A stretch of 36,421 nucleotides of DNA, taken from NCBI RefSeq assembly GCF_001194135.2, contig NC_068988.1:85627562-85663982 (forward strand), given 5' to 3'. A program made the translations under genes and the position numbers. The stretch is from Octopus bimaculoides. Lineage: Eukaryota. Numbering within the stretch: the first letter of the stretch is position 1; each line of letters starts with the position of its first letter. Below, piece after piece: positions 34,011-36,421 of this stretch. Under the pieces are notes generated by a model. It did not search any database and had not been told where the DNA came from. It worked only from the letters and a program-made list of their open reading frames with translations.

Positions 34011-35414
34011 TCATAGAATAACCTTGTAAGATAGCTTATAGAGAGCATGTGTATTTATTTGTTTTTCGCTAGAGTAAAGTTGTATTAAAATTGCCAGGCG
34101 GAATTTTACTTTACGCGCGCCCTAACTTTTTTTTATTTTGGGGAATTTTCAGAATTCTTTTTGCGAATTCGTATTCTACGCACGAGAATTCATACAATGA
34201 CGCAAAAAATTTTTGTTGCGTGATTTAAGGCCTATTTAACTGCTATTTTTAGCACATTCCACGACAACCTCATACCCTCCTCGTTTGTTTGTCAATCTGA
34301 CGTAGCAATGTTTTTCAATGTCTCTCTCCCAATAAACACATTTGATATCCTATTGCTAGGATTTAAGTCAAAAATTCTGACTGCCTGTATTTTAAAATGT
34401 GATTTTAAAAGAAAACTTCGAAAAAAATGAACCAAAAAAAAAAAAAAAAAAAAAANNNNNNNNNNNNNNNNNNNNNNNNNNNNNNNNNNNNNNNNNNNNN
34501 NNNNNNNNNNNNNNNNNNNNNNNNNNNNNNNNNNNNNNNNNNNNNNNNNNNNNNNNNNNNNNNNNNNNNNNNNNNNNNNNNNNNNNNNNNNNNNNNNNNN
34601 NNNNNNNNNNNNNNNNNNNNNNNNNNNNNNNNNNNNNNNNNNNNNNNNNNNNNNNNNNNNNNNNNNNNNNNNNNNNNNNNNNNNNNNNNNNNNNNNNNNN
34701 NNNNNNNNNNNNNNNNNNNNNNNNNNNNNNNNNNNNNNNNNNNNNNNNNNNNNNNNNNNNNNNNNNNNNNNNNNNNNNNNNNNNNNNNNNNNNNNNNNNN
34801 NNNNNNNNNNNNNNNNNNNNNNNNNNNNNNNNNNNNNNNNNNNNNNNNNNTGTGTGTGTGTGTGTGTGTGAGTGTGACTGTGTGTTTGCATGTGTGTGAG
34901 AGTGTGTTTATATGTGTACATCTGTATATACGTGAGCTCCCGTGCATTTGTGTATGTACGACTTTTCCTTCTAATGCCCGACGCAAGACATCCGTTTTAC
35001 TAACTTCTTACATTTCATTTTGATATGTTCCGAAATAGTTCCATTAAACTGTAAAATACCAATGAATAGCTCTCATCATTCATTAAATATCAGTAAAATA
35101 CACTTGTTCCACATGCGTTTCTTAATTAAAACATCATTAAGATCGACTTAACTGCAAGCTATTCGTAAATTATTACATCGTTCACACTTGTAACGCTATG
35201 TTATAAATCTTTGGCTTTAAGATGTATTTATACTCTGGTCTAATTGATTTTATTGTGTTTTCCTTGAAATTTTTTGATCATTTTTATCTCAGGTTTACTC
35301 CTCCGTGTAAATAAAAGAGAAAAATAAACCATACTATATCTCAAACATAATTATAGCAGAACTTCATGTCCACGCACACACACACATACAGTTCAAATTA
35401 ACAGAAAACGAAAT

Positions 35415-35852
35415 CCCGTGGTTAAGAGTTGTTTTGACTCTTATTTCTAGCAATGCTGGTGCTGATTTGCACTCTAAGTCACTTTAGTGACGATTGTACC
35501 TGTGCCTTTTGGTTTTTAAATCCCGGATAGCCCCCTTAATAATTTATAATTTTCAATTTACCATTTTACCGAATCAGTCACTGATTCCTGTGGTATTTTC
35601 TATAAACTGACAAGGTGAGTACAGTTAAACCCTAGGCAACGGAGTAAGTGGCACTGATGACGATTAATTCAATACGAAATCATCGATGATCTGACGTTCC
35701 TCTCTTGCTGTAGAAAGGTTGTTCTCCCTTGTCAATCAATAGATAGGTGCTTTGCCCGTGGCTAAGAGTTGTTTTGACTCTTATTTCTAGTAATGCTGGT
35801 GCTTACTAGCATATTTAACCATGTTAGTGATGATTGCACTTGTGCCTTTTGG
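35415..35852 (+). repeat. About 98-bp imperfect direct repeats at an exact 340-nt period (35415-35512 and 35755-35852)
   Basis: The first 49 nt differ at only 2 positions (CCCGTGG(T/C)TAAGAGTTGTTTTGACTCTTATTTCTAG(C/T)AATGCTGGTGCT). The distal TTAGTGA(C/T)GATTG(T/C)AC(C/T)TGTGCCTTTTGG block keeps the same 340-nt offset. Confidence 0.9.
35647..35698 (+). ncRNA. Type I hammerhead ribozyme-like motif (minimal, palindromic stem III; probably degenerate)
   Basis: AGUGGCA-CUGAUGA(35654-35660)-CGAUUAAUUCAAUAC-GAAA(35676-35679)-UCAUCGAUGA-UC(35690-35691)-UGACGUU. The core nucleotides are in the correct order. Stem III is AUCAUCGAUGAU. Stem I has 6 of 7 pairs including G-U. The stem II closing pair is a C-C mismatch. 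Confidence 0.6.
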
Positions 35853-36387
35853 TACTTGTGTCATTTGATTGTACTTGTGCCTTTTGATAATTATATATAT
35901 ATATATATATATAATGGCCTACAATAACTTCATAACCAGAATATTTATGCGTAGCGTTAACTTTACTTGTCATAACATCGTCATAAAAGAAGAATTCAAA
36001 ATGGATAAAAGCCCATTCTTTAGTTAATAGCATAGCTTTAACTGATTAGAGATTTATTTAATTAGATTATCACTGACAGACGGATACATGTTTATCCACC
36101 ACTTTACAGTCAATACTTTATTCAGCTCTATAATACGCGTAATCTTCTATTTATGACCTCACAACCATCTAACAAGATGCTCCGATATATGTTCTGCTGG
36201 ATGAAATAGGTTGTTCTGAGCAGTCAGTTTTGGAGATTTGATTCCGTGAGTTCTTTGACAAGTTTGTGACATTTTGCTTGTATGCATAGGACTCCGTCTT
36301 CTCAGAAATGATAGGTTTTGTTATCAATTCCACGCACCTGAATAGATTGGGTAGTAGACACTTTTGAAGTATTTAACAGTATGTAGT

Positions 36388-36421
<34 letters not shown>

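Overview
This is an AT-rich, repeat-saturated stretch of eukaryotic intergenic or intronic DNA from a gappy short-read assembly (about 4.7 kb, roughly 13%, is N). The SINE and microsatellite complement looks like that of an octopus or other coleoid cephalopod; this is inferred from recalled repeat families, not from a search. No intact host gene is supportable. Most ORFs in the supplied track are artefacts of microsatellites or N runs. Bases 288-5863 are a cryptic trinucleotide low-complexity block. The rest holds degenerate mobile elements that I decoded by reading frames by hand: four R4/Dong-like RLE non-LTR retrotransposon pieces, three of them abutting (AAT)n tracts and the fourth ending in one; a Tx1/L1-like 3' fragment; a gag-like CCHC ORF1 remnant; a Helitron PIF1 helicase remnant; a Penelope-like GIY-YIG remnant; three Tc1/mariner derivatives, one made of two left ends; a 210-bp TA-flanked MITE; and three tRNA-type SINE families (A, B, C) totalling about 20 whole or partial copies. 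The most interesting signal is near the right end (35415-35886): a type I hammerhead-ribozyme-like motif with a palindromic stem III, lying inside an exactly 340-nt unit with about 98 bp of terminal redundancy. That layout is expected of a non-LTR retrozyme (circular-RNA-producing, non-autonomous retroelement), although this copy appears degenerate in stem II.
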